Shown here in pieces: positions 52,022 through 64,000 of a stretch of 64,000 nt of DNA (its first letter is position 1; each line of letters opens with the position of its first letter). Origin of the DNA: Chrysomallon squamiferum. Lineage: Eukaryota; Animalia; Mollusca. Position numbers and translations under genes: made by a program. Under the pieces are notes generated by a model. That model saw nothing but the letters and a program-made list of their open reading frames with translations, made no database searches and had not been told where the DNA came from. The stretch lies in the NCBI GenBank assembly GCA_012295275.1, contig CM022673.1, positions 1,984,001-2,048,000 on the forward strand. Direction: 5' to 3'.

Positions 52022-52146
52022 CTGCAATGATAAACAAAATAATTGAGAATATAAGGAAGAAGAAGAAGAGGAAGAGAGGGAGACAGAGAAAGGCGGAGAA
52101 AAACAGAGAAAGAGAGAAGGTGTTAGAGCCAAAGAAAGAGCTAATT

Positions 52147-52178
<32 letters not shown>

Positions 52179-53307
52179 ATAGAGAGATAGTAATAAAGTC
52201 AGAAAAATAAAGGGAAAGGAGACTGAGCTATAGAAAGAAAGAAAAAAAGAAGAAAATTAAAATGACAGCAAGATTGAATGTAATGTGATAAAGAGTAGAC
52301 AAGAAAGCAGAAAATTAAAAGATGTGGAAAGAAATTTAGAAAGGAGTGAAATTCAAAGATCAAACATTGTAATCTTTACTGTTTTGAATTTTTGTTTGGA
52401 CCTACTGATATAAATATATTGTCCAGGAAGTAGAAAAACACAAAAACTTTCACTGCTGCTTAGCACCCTAAGAATTTTATTTGCTGAAATCTTTTCTAAA
52501 CTAGCATGCTAAATGTACAGAAAGCTGGTTCTGATTAAACAGCGTGCAGAGATACTGGATGTTAATATTCATGCTTCGTTTCATTATAAAGCGATTGCTT
52601 AGTATTAATTTGTAGTTGTCATCAAGTATTCTATGACTGGAACAAAGTTTTGGCTTTATATTTGGTATTACAGTAGAAAGCTTTGTAAAAATGTCCATGT
52701 AGTCAGTCTTGTTACAACCATGCAGGATAGCTGTTAACTTTCCAAATACTAGTGTTATTTTAAACAGCCTTTGACAAAATACCAGCAACAAAACAAAACA
52801 ATGTAACAGTAATAATAATAACAAAATATTTTAAAATTGGAAGAAGAGAAGTTGATTAAAATGTAATGCAAAACATGCATGCATAAGCTTTTGTTAATAA
52901 GGAGATCTCACAAAAGCTATTCATGTTGTGCATAAATATTAAAAAGATTTTAGTATCTAACTGTTTATAAACAAATAAATTACACCTGATAAACATTTAC
53001 AAATTTTTCATTTCAACTGTGTATAAGCAGGAAAACTAATTTAACTAGTACTATTGTATGTAAAAGAAATTGTTATCTTTATACAGGGACATGTAACACT
53101 TCAGTATTAAATTTTCTAAATGAAAATAATCAATCATCCTGAATCATGATGGATCAGATTCCTGTATTGAAGCATGTATGTGCATGCACTTCATACACAC
53201 ACCCACCCACCCACACACACACACACATACACACATACCCAGACACACACAGAGAAATACACAGATATACATGTGCAAATACCCAGAAACACACAAACAT
53301 ACAGACA

Positions 53308-53350
<43 letters not shown>

Positions 53351-53996
53351 TTTAAAATATGTGTGAGGTTAAATGCTAATTATTTAATTATGAAGAAAGC
53401 AAGTGGTATTTGCAACTGTAATTGGGTAATAAAGTGTCAGTATAATGAAATTAATTACCATTAATGATTTACCAGATGGAATGTATACAATAAGGAAATG
53501 TCAGCTTAGTTCAAACCAAATTATACTTTTAGATTTTATGTCGTCCTAAGAAATTTCATGCATTATTATGTAAAGACATGAAATTCTTCCATGTGTGAAC
53601 ATATTTTTTATATGTCTATATTCAAATATACACATAAGCAATAGGGATGAATCATCAAAATATGAGTAAACTAAAACTTTAAATTAATGAAAAAAATAAA
53701 GTAACGAGCATTACAAATACAACTCTTTTTCCTTTTAAACAATTAACATGATCTGTTACATTTAAAACATTTCACCATTCAAAACAGAAAACAAATATTT
53801 CAGTAAAAAGATATAAACAAAATGTTTAAAGTCTGTTAAATAAAGTGTTAATGCATGTGCATGTTTGCGTATCTGTGTCTGTGTGCATATGTTTTTTGTG
53901 TGCAAGGCTGTACACAAACTTCATATGCAGATCTATGGAAAAGTGCATGTACATTATAAAAGAAAAAGCAGTGTGTAAAAGCAGGCATCTAAGACT

Positions 53997-54103
53997 AATG
54001 ACTACAACAAGTAACTAATACATAGTAACAGCCACAAGTAATACCAGCAGGTAACTGTCGAGTTTGTTTTTCCATTACCCATCAAACCAAGCACTCATGC
54101 AAC
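53997..54103. repeat. Dispersed 110-bp element, copy B (paired with 49701-49811)
   Basis: Same orientation and same conserved blocks as copy A. Confidence 0.8.
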
Positions 54104-54436
54104 TTTTCCTTTCCCTTACAAGTTTGCAAATAACCAACATCCGTGTATTTAAGTAGAATTCTGAGTAGCTTAATTATGTTATGCCATAAACATTAACCAC
54201 AACATTTCAGTGTAACCATCAAGTGGTGAAAGCAAACATATACACGGCATAAAATACAAAGCACATATTTATTTATTTATCTTTTATAGGTATTAAATTT
54301 TTTTTTTTCAAATAAGAGTTTAGTGATTAACAAGTAACGGTGATCTAGGATAATCATAAAGTATTACAGATTATACAGATACTGTTGTTTTCCTTTCTTT
54401 CATTTTTTAATGCTTTTTTTAGATAGGATAGGATAT

Positions 54437-54487
<51 letters not shown>

Positions 54488-54490
54488 TAC

Positions 54491-54593
54491 CTAGAGACCA
54501 TTTGCGTTCCTTTTTCTTTTTATTCTTTTCGTGGCAAGATTTCGACCGACTGAGCTTGGCGCCTTTTGAAAATGGACTCAGAAAGTAAGACAT
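54491..54593 (-). CDS. OSBPL8: ORP8 candidate first coding exon (MSYFLSPFSKGAKLSRSKSCHEKNKKKKERKWSL-G); full exon 54491-54728
   Basis: Acceptor ctacag before 54728, ATG at 54593, donor G|gtaaaa at 54490 in phase 1 matching the next exon. No homology I can recognise. Confidence 0.6.
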
Positions 54594-55036
54594 TTCTGCA
54601 GCAAGTCACACACCAACAGTGTAATGTTCATCTCCAGCACCAAGAACAAGCCATGTCACTCGTATCTCCCCTCTGCTACAGTTCATATTAGTCTTAGGTT
54701 CACTCACTATCAGGGTGCTATGATATACCTGTAGACAATTGTTAAGTAATCATTGTATATTTTATTGATTTTAAAAAAGAAAAAGAAATGTATGTATGTG
54801 TATATTTATGTCCAGTGATTACACAAGATGACTTGAAAGCTAATTTTCTATGCACGTTTATGCTTATATGTATGCACTTGGAGAAATATAAATACACACA
54901 AACACCTGCATGCCTTCAGTTTCTTATACAAACACGTACACTTCTTGTATACATCCTGTTCTAAAAGAAACATTAGTCTATATTGTAATAAATTATAGCA
55001 AAAAAAAAAAAAAAAAAATTAAAAAGTCATATTAAG

Positions 55037-55078
<42 letters not shown>

Positions 55079-56387
55079 TAATGAGGTTTAGACATTCCAA
55101 AAAAAAAAAAAATTGAATTGTTTTTCTGGGCACTGAGATCATTTATAAAGTTAGCCAATGAATAATAATTTCATATTATAACCAATACATATTCCACATT
55201 GTAACACAACCAATAATTATGTAACCAATTATTATTCTACATAATAAAACAACCGATACATATTCCACACTATAATATCAATAACTATTATAATACAATA
55301 AATAATTATTCAAAATAACAATGTAACAAAGTTCAAAAAATCAACAGCTTGTACAATATAATTTTATATTTCTTTTAACTTACATCTGCATGATAACAAT
55401 ACTTTTATCAACGTACTGAACATGTCGGGTTAAAAAAAACACCAGAAAAACGCTTTTTAAAAAGATAACCTTTATCCCAGACTAAAAAAATTATAGAGTA
55501 TTTAGTTGAGTAAACAGAACATAAAAGATTACATTATAAAAACATTTTGATCACAGATATGTTGTAATCAAATCAAACTCAAGTTAATAAAATCTGAATA
55601 TGATGGATTATAATAAACATTAATGTTTTACAAAGTGTATATAATTTTGAAATAAATTCAGGAACAATACAGCAGAATTCTAAGATCTTTAAGATTTTAA
55701 CATCTAAATGTACTAAATAAAATTCAAGCTAAATAAAAATATGAAGCAGAAATAACACCTGTTTTACTAACAACAACAAAAACATACCTTGAGATGGATG
55801 TAAAGTGAAACAAGATAAGAACGAATTTAAGAAAAATACGCATCTTCATATTAATTTCTTTGACTGCCAGTTATGTTGAGCGGGTGATTCTTAACATCTG
55901 AAGACGTGTGTTTAAAAAATAATCCACAGTTTACATAAATAAATGTATCACAATCTTCTGATTTCCACTGGAGACTACTACTGCCCAAGTGGTAACAGTG
56001 TTTATCACATGATGAAATTCTAAAACATTCCTGTGTACCAGCCCGCTTTAGCTAAGGTAAATCGAAGCATGACATTTTACACACTCTAGTATAAAGATCA
56101 TGCTAGCAGATAAAGGACTGTTATTACTTCCATCACGTCAGAGTCTTTACAGAGCAGGCTGTGGACGTACATCAGTGCAGACAGTCACACACACACTGCT
56201 TTGTGATCAGTTGTAGTGGTTGTTGTACACTCATCTAAGGTCAGTGAACACTGTCATTTAAGGTGGATGTTGTACACTGTTTTATCTTCAGTAAATGGCG
56301 ATACTGTTCACTTTTATGTGCACTGAATGTTGACGTACATCAATTTATTTACAGTAAATGCTGATAAACACTTTTATCTTCAATAAA

Positions 56388-56585
56388 TGTTGATACTGTA
56401 CACTGTTTTTATCTTTTATAAGTGTTGATATTGTACACTGTTTTTATCTTTTATAAGTGTTGATATTGTACACTGTTTTTATCTTTTATAAGTGTTGATA
56501 CTGTACACTGTTTTTATCTTTTATAAGTGTTGATACTGTACACTGTTTTATCTTTTATAAATGTTGATTCTGTACACTGTTTTAT
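56388..56585. repeat. Minisatellite, 34-35 bp x about 5.5 (tgttgatactgtacactgtttttatcttttataag), with decayed units back to about 56220
   Basis: Directly visible tandem units. Confidence 0.92.
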
Positions 56586-58666
56586 GCTGAAAGAGCACAT
56601 CTGTTGTACACTCCTGTATAGTCACTAAATCCTGTGATAAGATTACACTGCGTTATGGTCAAAGGACAATGAGATTTACAATAGTCTTTTGTCTTATTTG
56701 CCATGACTGTTAGTCATACTACTAATTTTGACATCTGATACACACAAAAAAATACCCTCCTACAAAGCTAAACACGATCTAAACCCACTGATAATTACAT
56801 CACCATCAACATGATCAGACCTAATGGCTATATACACGAACGCAACCAGTTTGAAGAAATCTTTTTTCTTTTAAATTCCAGAAATAAATTTCATTAAAGG
56901 TTAAACACTGATGTGTGAACATCATACAAAAACGACTGATTTTAAGACTGACATTTAGACGTACCTTTTTTATTCTCTCCTTATTTTTCTTTTTTTTTGG
57001 TAGAATTCTTAATTTATAATCCACATAAAACTCATGTCATTTCAAATGTTCAGTCCATATTTCAGCTAACTGTAAGAATTTTTTTTCTTCTTTTTTAAGT
57101 AATCTTATCACATTTTAAAAAGATAACTTTCTGTACTCTGTAATTCAGACAAACAAAAAAAAAAAAAAAACTGCTTACAGCTACTTAAATTCTGTTTACT
57201 TGGCCTGCAGAATTTAGATCTTTGAAAATATTACATCATGACAGTATTTTATTTTTGCACCCAAGTGTGAATTATGACAAAAAAACAGTGTAAAAATCAA
57301 TGCACATTTTTTTCTTTTCTTTCTTTTCTTTTAATGAAATTTTAGTATTAATGGATTAAAAAAAGAAACAGAAAAATAAAAAGAAAAAGAAAGCATGACT
57401 AGTTATAAACAAGTAACCAACAACTGAATTATATATTAATATTGAACATATTTTCTGCAAAATATTTAATATTACAAAAAGCAATTACTTTTTTCTTCTT
57501 TTTTGAAAAAATTACTATTAATGTTTTTATTAATAAAACTATTTATTTTTTAAAGTAATACAAACTGTTCCAAATGTACATTATAAAATGATACAAGTAA
57601 TAGATACATTGTAATTTATTTTTTAAATATTTCAAATAGAAAATTAAACTGATATATATGTATACACTATAGCAATATAACTATTTGTTAAAAAAATGTC
57701 CAAAAAACTGACATATCATTTTCTGTCTGTATATGTATAATATATAAACAAAAATATATTATTTAGAGAACTTTAATATGCTGGAAGTAGGTAGTAGTTA
57801 TCAATGTATGTATATATGTGTTTGTGTTTGAGCGTGTGTGTGTGATTATACATGTGTGACTGTATTTGTGCATAAGATGAACATGAAAATGGATATGTGA
57901 ATAAAAATATCTTTACAAATATAATTATAATAACTACATAAATAATATTACAGATTTTAAAGCCTTTTCAGATACTGACCACCACATTCTTAAGGAGATC
58001 TCACTTTGACAGAGCAGAAGTACATTTATAAGGTCACTTTTACGACAATCATGAAATTACAAAAACATGTGGGTCATAGGTACTTTAGTATCAACAAGAA
58101 TTCATTATCTAGGTACCTATGACTACAGAACGCAACATGGACTACTGAAACTATTATAATCTATTAAAAGGATATCCGTGACAGATCATTTTGCAAGTGG
58201 CTATTGTTATTGCATCATTCACAAGGACAGACTTAACAGATAAACATGACAACACATAATGTATTACAGACACAGTCTTTGTTAAAACAAGAAGGTGAGT
58301 GTTGAGTTATCTTTATTCAAAGATGACGTATAGGAACGTTTCTCCACTATTTACTGGTGTCTCGGTTTTCACACTTTGAATGACATGCAGTGCACGAGGT
58401 ACTTGAAATAACTGCGTTTGTAAAGTATGCATAAAATATATGATTTAGTTAGGACTGGCACTCTGATCATGTTACATTTTATGCATATGGTAAAGAAGAA
58501 TTCAAATAAAAAAATTTTATAACTATGCAAGAAGACTTAACGAGCAAAATAAATAAATAAACAAACAAAAGAACCAGAAAATATATAATATATTGAAAAA
58601 AAGAAATCACTTATATCTTTGTATTTTTGTATTATGTATATAAACAATGAGAAAAAAAAATATTAA

Positions 58667-58697
<31 letters not shown>

Positions 58698-59294
58698 AAA
58701 TTATATTATACTACTAAAACATGTTTTTAATAACTATATTGTAAATGATAAATCTATAATATTTTCTAAACCCAAATCAGACACACTTCCCTGTGCTTGT
58801 GAACACCATGAGGCAAAACCTTTATCCCAGTTTAATAACAAATGTGACAAAAATACAGCATGGTTTCTATTTGTATTCATGAAGATCTTGTGGTAACAGT
58901 GAGCTCTTGGGAAATGTCATTCTAAATTCAACTCAGAAATGTAGCTTGGCCTTTGTTTCACTTGTTAGCAAACCTTGTTTGTGATGGCAATCAGTAATAA
59001 CAACCAATAAGTTACCTCGACTCACACATCTGTCTGTAATGTACATGTATGTATTTCTGTGATTGCAAAGCAATTGCCTTTTCATCATGCTGTGATTACA
59101 CATCATTTAGATGGATATAACTTCATGTTGTTGTTTTTTTATTCTGCTTCCAAATCATATCCATTCAGAGTAAAAATTATTTTGAAAACATGACTGCAAA
59201 AATAAATGAAATGTTGTGCACACATATGTGTGCAACAGGCACAACACACACACATGTACACACAGGCTTTCTTACATATTATACACGCCCACAC

Positions 59295-59444
<150 letters not shown>

Positions 59445-59460
59445 ATTGTCTAGTGAATAC

Positions 59461-59530
59461 CTTCAAGTGAATACACACACAAGCTGTCTCTGTTTTGCAC
59501 CCCTACCTCTGACATCATTGACTTCTTCAT
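59461..59530 (-). CDS. Candidate alternative first coding exon of ORP8 (MKKSMMSEVGVQNRDSLCVYSLE-G)
   Basis: ATG after an in-frame TAA, 70 nt to AAG|gtattc donor in phase 1, compatible with the acceptor at 52021; no homology support. Confidence 0.35.
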
Positions 59531-60113
59531 TGGTGTCACAAGACTTCTGCAATCCTCTGAAGTGAAGCATTACAAAGCTCTATAATCTTCTGTTTTACAG
59601 CCTTCTCATACTTTCAATCTGAACATCCTCTGAAAACTGTTTCCAGTGACAAATGACTGGTTCGTGTAACAGGCTAACCTTTGGCTAATTTCTATTTTCA
59701 TTCCAAATAGAAAGGACGAAACAAATAGAGTCTTTAAAGATGTTTTGCTGGTTTTACTAATTATTTTCATGGGGAATAAACACCAGTAGCAACTGATCAA
59801 CAATTAGAAACCTGATTAGTATGAAAATTCAGTTCTGTCAGTTTTGGCTGTATACAATGCATGAGTCTGCAGTTGTCTGACTAGAACAATATCACACAGC
59901 TAGCAAGAAAGACCATAACATTTCATTACCATCTCATTAGCTGTGAGAAGACATAATTCCCCAGATCCAAACCCAGTTTCCAACAATCTTATTCAATGGC
60001 TTAACCTCTAATTCCCTGAGGATGATGGTATAAATATTAAAAATTTAAATTAAAACCCATCTTATTTTCACTGATATCAGGTATAGTTTTAATTTAATTT
60101 TATTTAGTTATTA

Positions 60114-60147
<34 letters not shown>

Positions 60148-63100
60148 ATTATTATTATTAATTAATTAATTTATTTATTTATTTATTTCATTTTATTTTA
60201 TGTGGTAATCTGCAGCTTTCAGTAACTTTAACCAATCTCATTTAATGTATAAAACTGGATTACATTTTCTCATCAAGAACTGAAATTTATATTTAGTGCA
60301 TGAAACGCGAGTATGTTTTGGTATTAAGCGTAGAAAATTAGGTTTCACAGAGAGCAATTTGTTAGAGGACAATCATGTTTTGCATGTAGCATCAGTAAAT
60401 CAACCTTTTGTCAAGTCAAATTGAATAACCTTGTTATTACGATGAAATAAGAAACCTTTTTTCAATTTTTGTTTCTATTTTCTTTCTTTTTTCTTCTTTT
60501 TTTATACAAGCTATCATATGAATCAACCTAATACTGGATTATTTTTGTTGATTTTTCCTTTAATTTTTGAAAAAAATTTAAAAGCAAATAAATAAAATGG
60601 AAAACAGAAAGATAATTTATGGTATTCATTCTCAGCAGAACATAAAAGTATTGTGTGATATATTAAATACATTTCTGAAAGTAAAGATTATTTCTTATTA
60701 CAGATTACTATCCTATGTCTTTTTTCATTAAATTTCTTCTGTTCCTTTTACAAAATGCAATAACATGACCAAAACTGATCAAAATAAATAAACATATATA
60801 TTAATCAATTATAATTATGACAAAGAAACAGCAGTTTTGTCTTTTATTATTATTTCAGTTATCATTATCATCATCAGCATCATCATGAAAGCAAATGAAG
60901 AAAACCAAACTGTTGTTTTTCAACTTCACACTGATCCTACAAATTGGCATTCTGTCAGTTTCTAAAAACAAATTTTCGTCCAATCACATCTAAATAATCA
61001 GTTTTTCCCTTATCAACACATTCATTTTCACTTGCACGGTACAAATTTAACACTGAATTACCTTTCTGATTTATTCTAAGTTTCTGTCACCAACAAGGGC
61101 TTTCATACAGCAGGAACCAAAATGAGGGAAAAACTGTAAAAAACACACACAATCAGACAGACAGTCAGATCAACATACAGACCGAGACATACAGACTTAC
61201 ATGCTGGCTGATTATAAGTTCTATGACTGCTTTTAGTGTAATCAGTGCCAACTAACAAAGACATTTCACACTAAGAGCTAGCTTTTAGGAAAGTTACTAT
61301 TTATCTAGACAAGAATAATCAATAGCTTTGGTGGAGTGCTACTGAACAAGACATGTTATCAAAGAACTGTAAAGGTTTAGTGAAGCTTATTAATAAGTTT
61401 TTCACATTTTTTTTTTTCTTTTTTGCCTTTTCACATCCCTTAAAAAAGTGAAAAGACCAGTGAAAGTGTGAAAATCATTTTATATATAGTAAAAGCTTAC
61501 TTCCCACTCACATCCTGCTTAAGCCTGTTTGTAATAAAGTAAAACTTTTTTTTCTTTAATCAATACACTCAACATACTTACAATCCAAAAGGAATTTCTT
61601 TAAGGAATTTTGAAATATCTTTCATTTTACAGATCAATAACTAATGTTGATGTTACCCACTCACATACATACATACATACAGACAGACACAATATGGAAA
61701 TACAGAATAACAACAGAGATAATATACCTATCTGCCCTTCTATTTTGTCACTAAGTAACTCACATTTACTCTTATATCATCTACTTTCCATGAACAAGAA
61801 TCAGCCGAACTAAATTACATATTTTTCATGCCTGACAGAAATGTAACCAACAACCATAATTAATGTGCTTGTACCTACCTAACCATTTAAAACCATTACA
61901 CAACTAGATGCATGTTGTAATGCATTATGACAGTGCAGGAAGATGATACCTTTAATTAACAGCTAACGACTTGCTTGTCAATGTGGAGAAGATATTCTGA
62001 ATGATCTGTTCATACAGATATATCAGCCAGACACAATTTCCATTATAACTGGAAACCAACTAAAATGTAAATTGAATGACGGAGGGAATTAACCACAGTT
62101 TCCTCTGAATCACTGTGGGTCAATACACAAGGACTAATCCATCAATATGCTCCACTGTAGAAGTGACAGCCTCGTAAGTTCTGTCTGATTTATGACACAA
62201 CTTCCTTGTAAAGCAGGATGTCCAGTCGCAAGACCTAATAGTCTGAGTAATGTCTGTTGAAGGATAATTATAAGTATGATTGGATGCTCTATACTAATTT
62301 GTCACACGTCTATTTCTTTATACTTCTAATCTGCCTTCAAATTTTCTCTTCCTCTGTCTACCTGTGTACTAATTATTATTTTTTCATCTATCTTCCATCT
62401 ACCTTTCTACATACCCATATCTATTCATTCATCTGTCCATCTACATATATATATATTTACAAACACACACACATTCACAACCACACACACACACACACAC
62501 ACACACTCTCTCTCTTTCACACACACAAACACATTATCTCAATGCCATGTATGTATCTACAAAAAACACATATATAAGATTTCAAAATAGCACAGGTATA
62601 TTTCCATTATAAAATTAAAAATTAAAACAAAACTTCATATTTACAGCAAGCAAAAATTGTTTTAATCAAAAAGGAATAGCGGGGCAAATCAGTTTTTTTC
62701 TTTTTATGTGTAAATTTCCACATCTGGATATTTTTAGTGACAAAACACATGTAATAGATAAGTAAGTATGTTTTAAGTCTATAAAATAATCATCATGTAG
62801 TAATTGGCTCATGAAGTGAATCATATCAGATTTACATTTTGATTGCAATCCAATTTTATGATAAAAAGCAGTTCTATTTTATAAATTATTAATATTATTA
62901 TTATAAAAAATGATGAAATTCTTTTTATTTATTTTTTTTAAAGTTGAAGATAAAAAAGAAGAAAAAATAAATTATATTTTTCTTTCTTCTTCTCTTCACT
63001 GACTTTTTAAAAAATTTAATATTATTTAATTATTTATTATATTCAGGAAATGAATTTTATCAATAACATACTTTAAAAACACCACCAAAAAAAAAAAAAA

Positions 63101-64000
63101 AAAACAATACCGTAACATTTAAATGAAAAAACACCCAGAGAATTCATTATAACAAAACAATGAAATCAAAATATTTTTAAAAATTAAATCACTGAACTTA
63201 CAATCATATATATTTACGTCCACACACACACAAACACATATACATCAACATACATTCATTTCATTACATTGCCATTCAACCCACTGATCTTATTTTGATA
63301 TTATCTGTGACTATATTTACACATGTATACTTTATATATTCATGTGTATTATAATCACTACTTCAAAAGGCACATTATATATTCATGAAGTTGTCTTTTA
63401 ATATAACAGGAACAAGAAAATCTTTTGTAAGTATGTAAACAATGTCACCTAAAATGGATAGGATTTTGTAAGCAAATATGTTCAAACTGGGCTTGTACAT
63501 TGAAAAAGGGTGTTGGCTGCAATTTTTATGACTTTCACTAAATATGTGTCTAAAAAAAAAAGATGAATTACTTTTTATATAAATCTGATCTGAAGAAAAG
63601 AGCATACCTTATACAAAGATGTGTGTAGATTGTATCATAGTGCTTTCTTATATAAATTTATATTTTGTTGGACACACATACACACACACACACACACACA
63701 CATTCATTAAAAAAGTTTGATTCAAGTATAAAACAATTTTTTTTGTTGTTGTAATTTCTGAATTATTTATAAACCCATAAACACAACCAGAACCACACCC
63801 ACACCCACTCCCACACCCACACACCCCCACCACACACACACACACACACACACACACAGTCCATATATCTATGTTCATTTTAAAAGGCTCAATTTAAGTA
63901 TAAAACAGTTTGTTTACTGTAACGTTTTCTGAATTATTTATATTCAATATTATAAAAAATAATAACAATATACATGATTAAAAACAAGTGCAGTTCAATA

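Larger units (their letters stand above)
31361..54593 (-). other. OSBPL8: ORP5/ORP8-type oxysterol-binding protein-related gene (PH domain, ORD lipid-transfer domain, C-terminal ER TM anchor); 20 coding exons, about 859 aa
   Basis: Manually spliced exons give [108 protein letters not shown] and a terminal TM, all characteristic of ORP5/8. All introns are GT-AG; phases are consistent except at exon 33116-33374. The 5' end may extend beyond the window. Confidence 0.93.

Overview
AT-rich, microsatellite-dense eukaryotic DNA, probably from an invertebrate animal (a mollusc is my guess from repeat style; not proven). It holds two protein-coding genes, both on the minus strand. (1) An SLC26/SulP anion transporter of the prestin/pendrin type, 684 aa, with its whole CDS in one exon (6869-8923) and an atypical anion-binding site. 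(2) An ORP5/ORP8-type oxysterol-binding protein-related lipid transfer gene (PH + ORD + C-terminal TM anchor). I rebuilt it by hand as 20 GT-AG coding exons between 54593 and 31361, about 859 aa. All splice phases agree except one: the penultimate exon is 1 nt short and switches reading frame near 33284. Other notable points: a near-identical orphan copy of one ORP8 exon with intact splice sites 22.3 kb downstream (20756-20926); a sharp CpG-rich to CpG-depleted boundary near 22 kb; a probable ~9 kb 3' UTR; candidate alternative first exons and a poison exon; a pair of diverged 110-bp intronic elements; and several minisatellites. Most ORFs in the supplied track are microsatellite artefacts. 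I found no CRISPR array, rRNA, tRNA or intact transposon.
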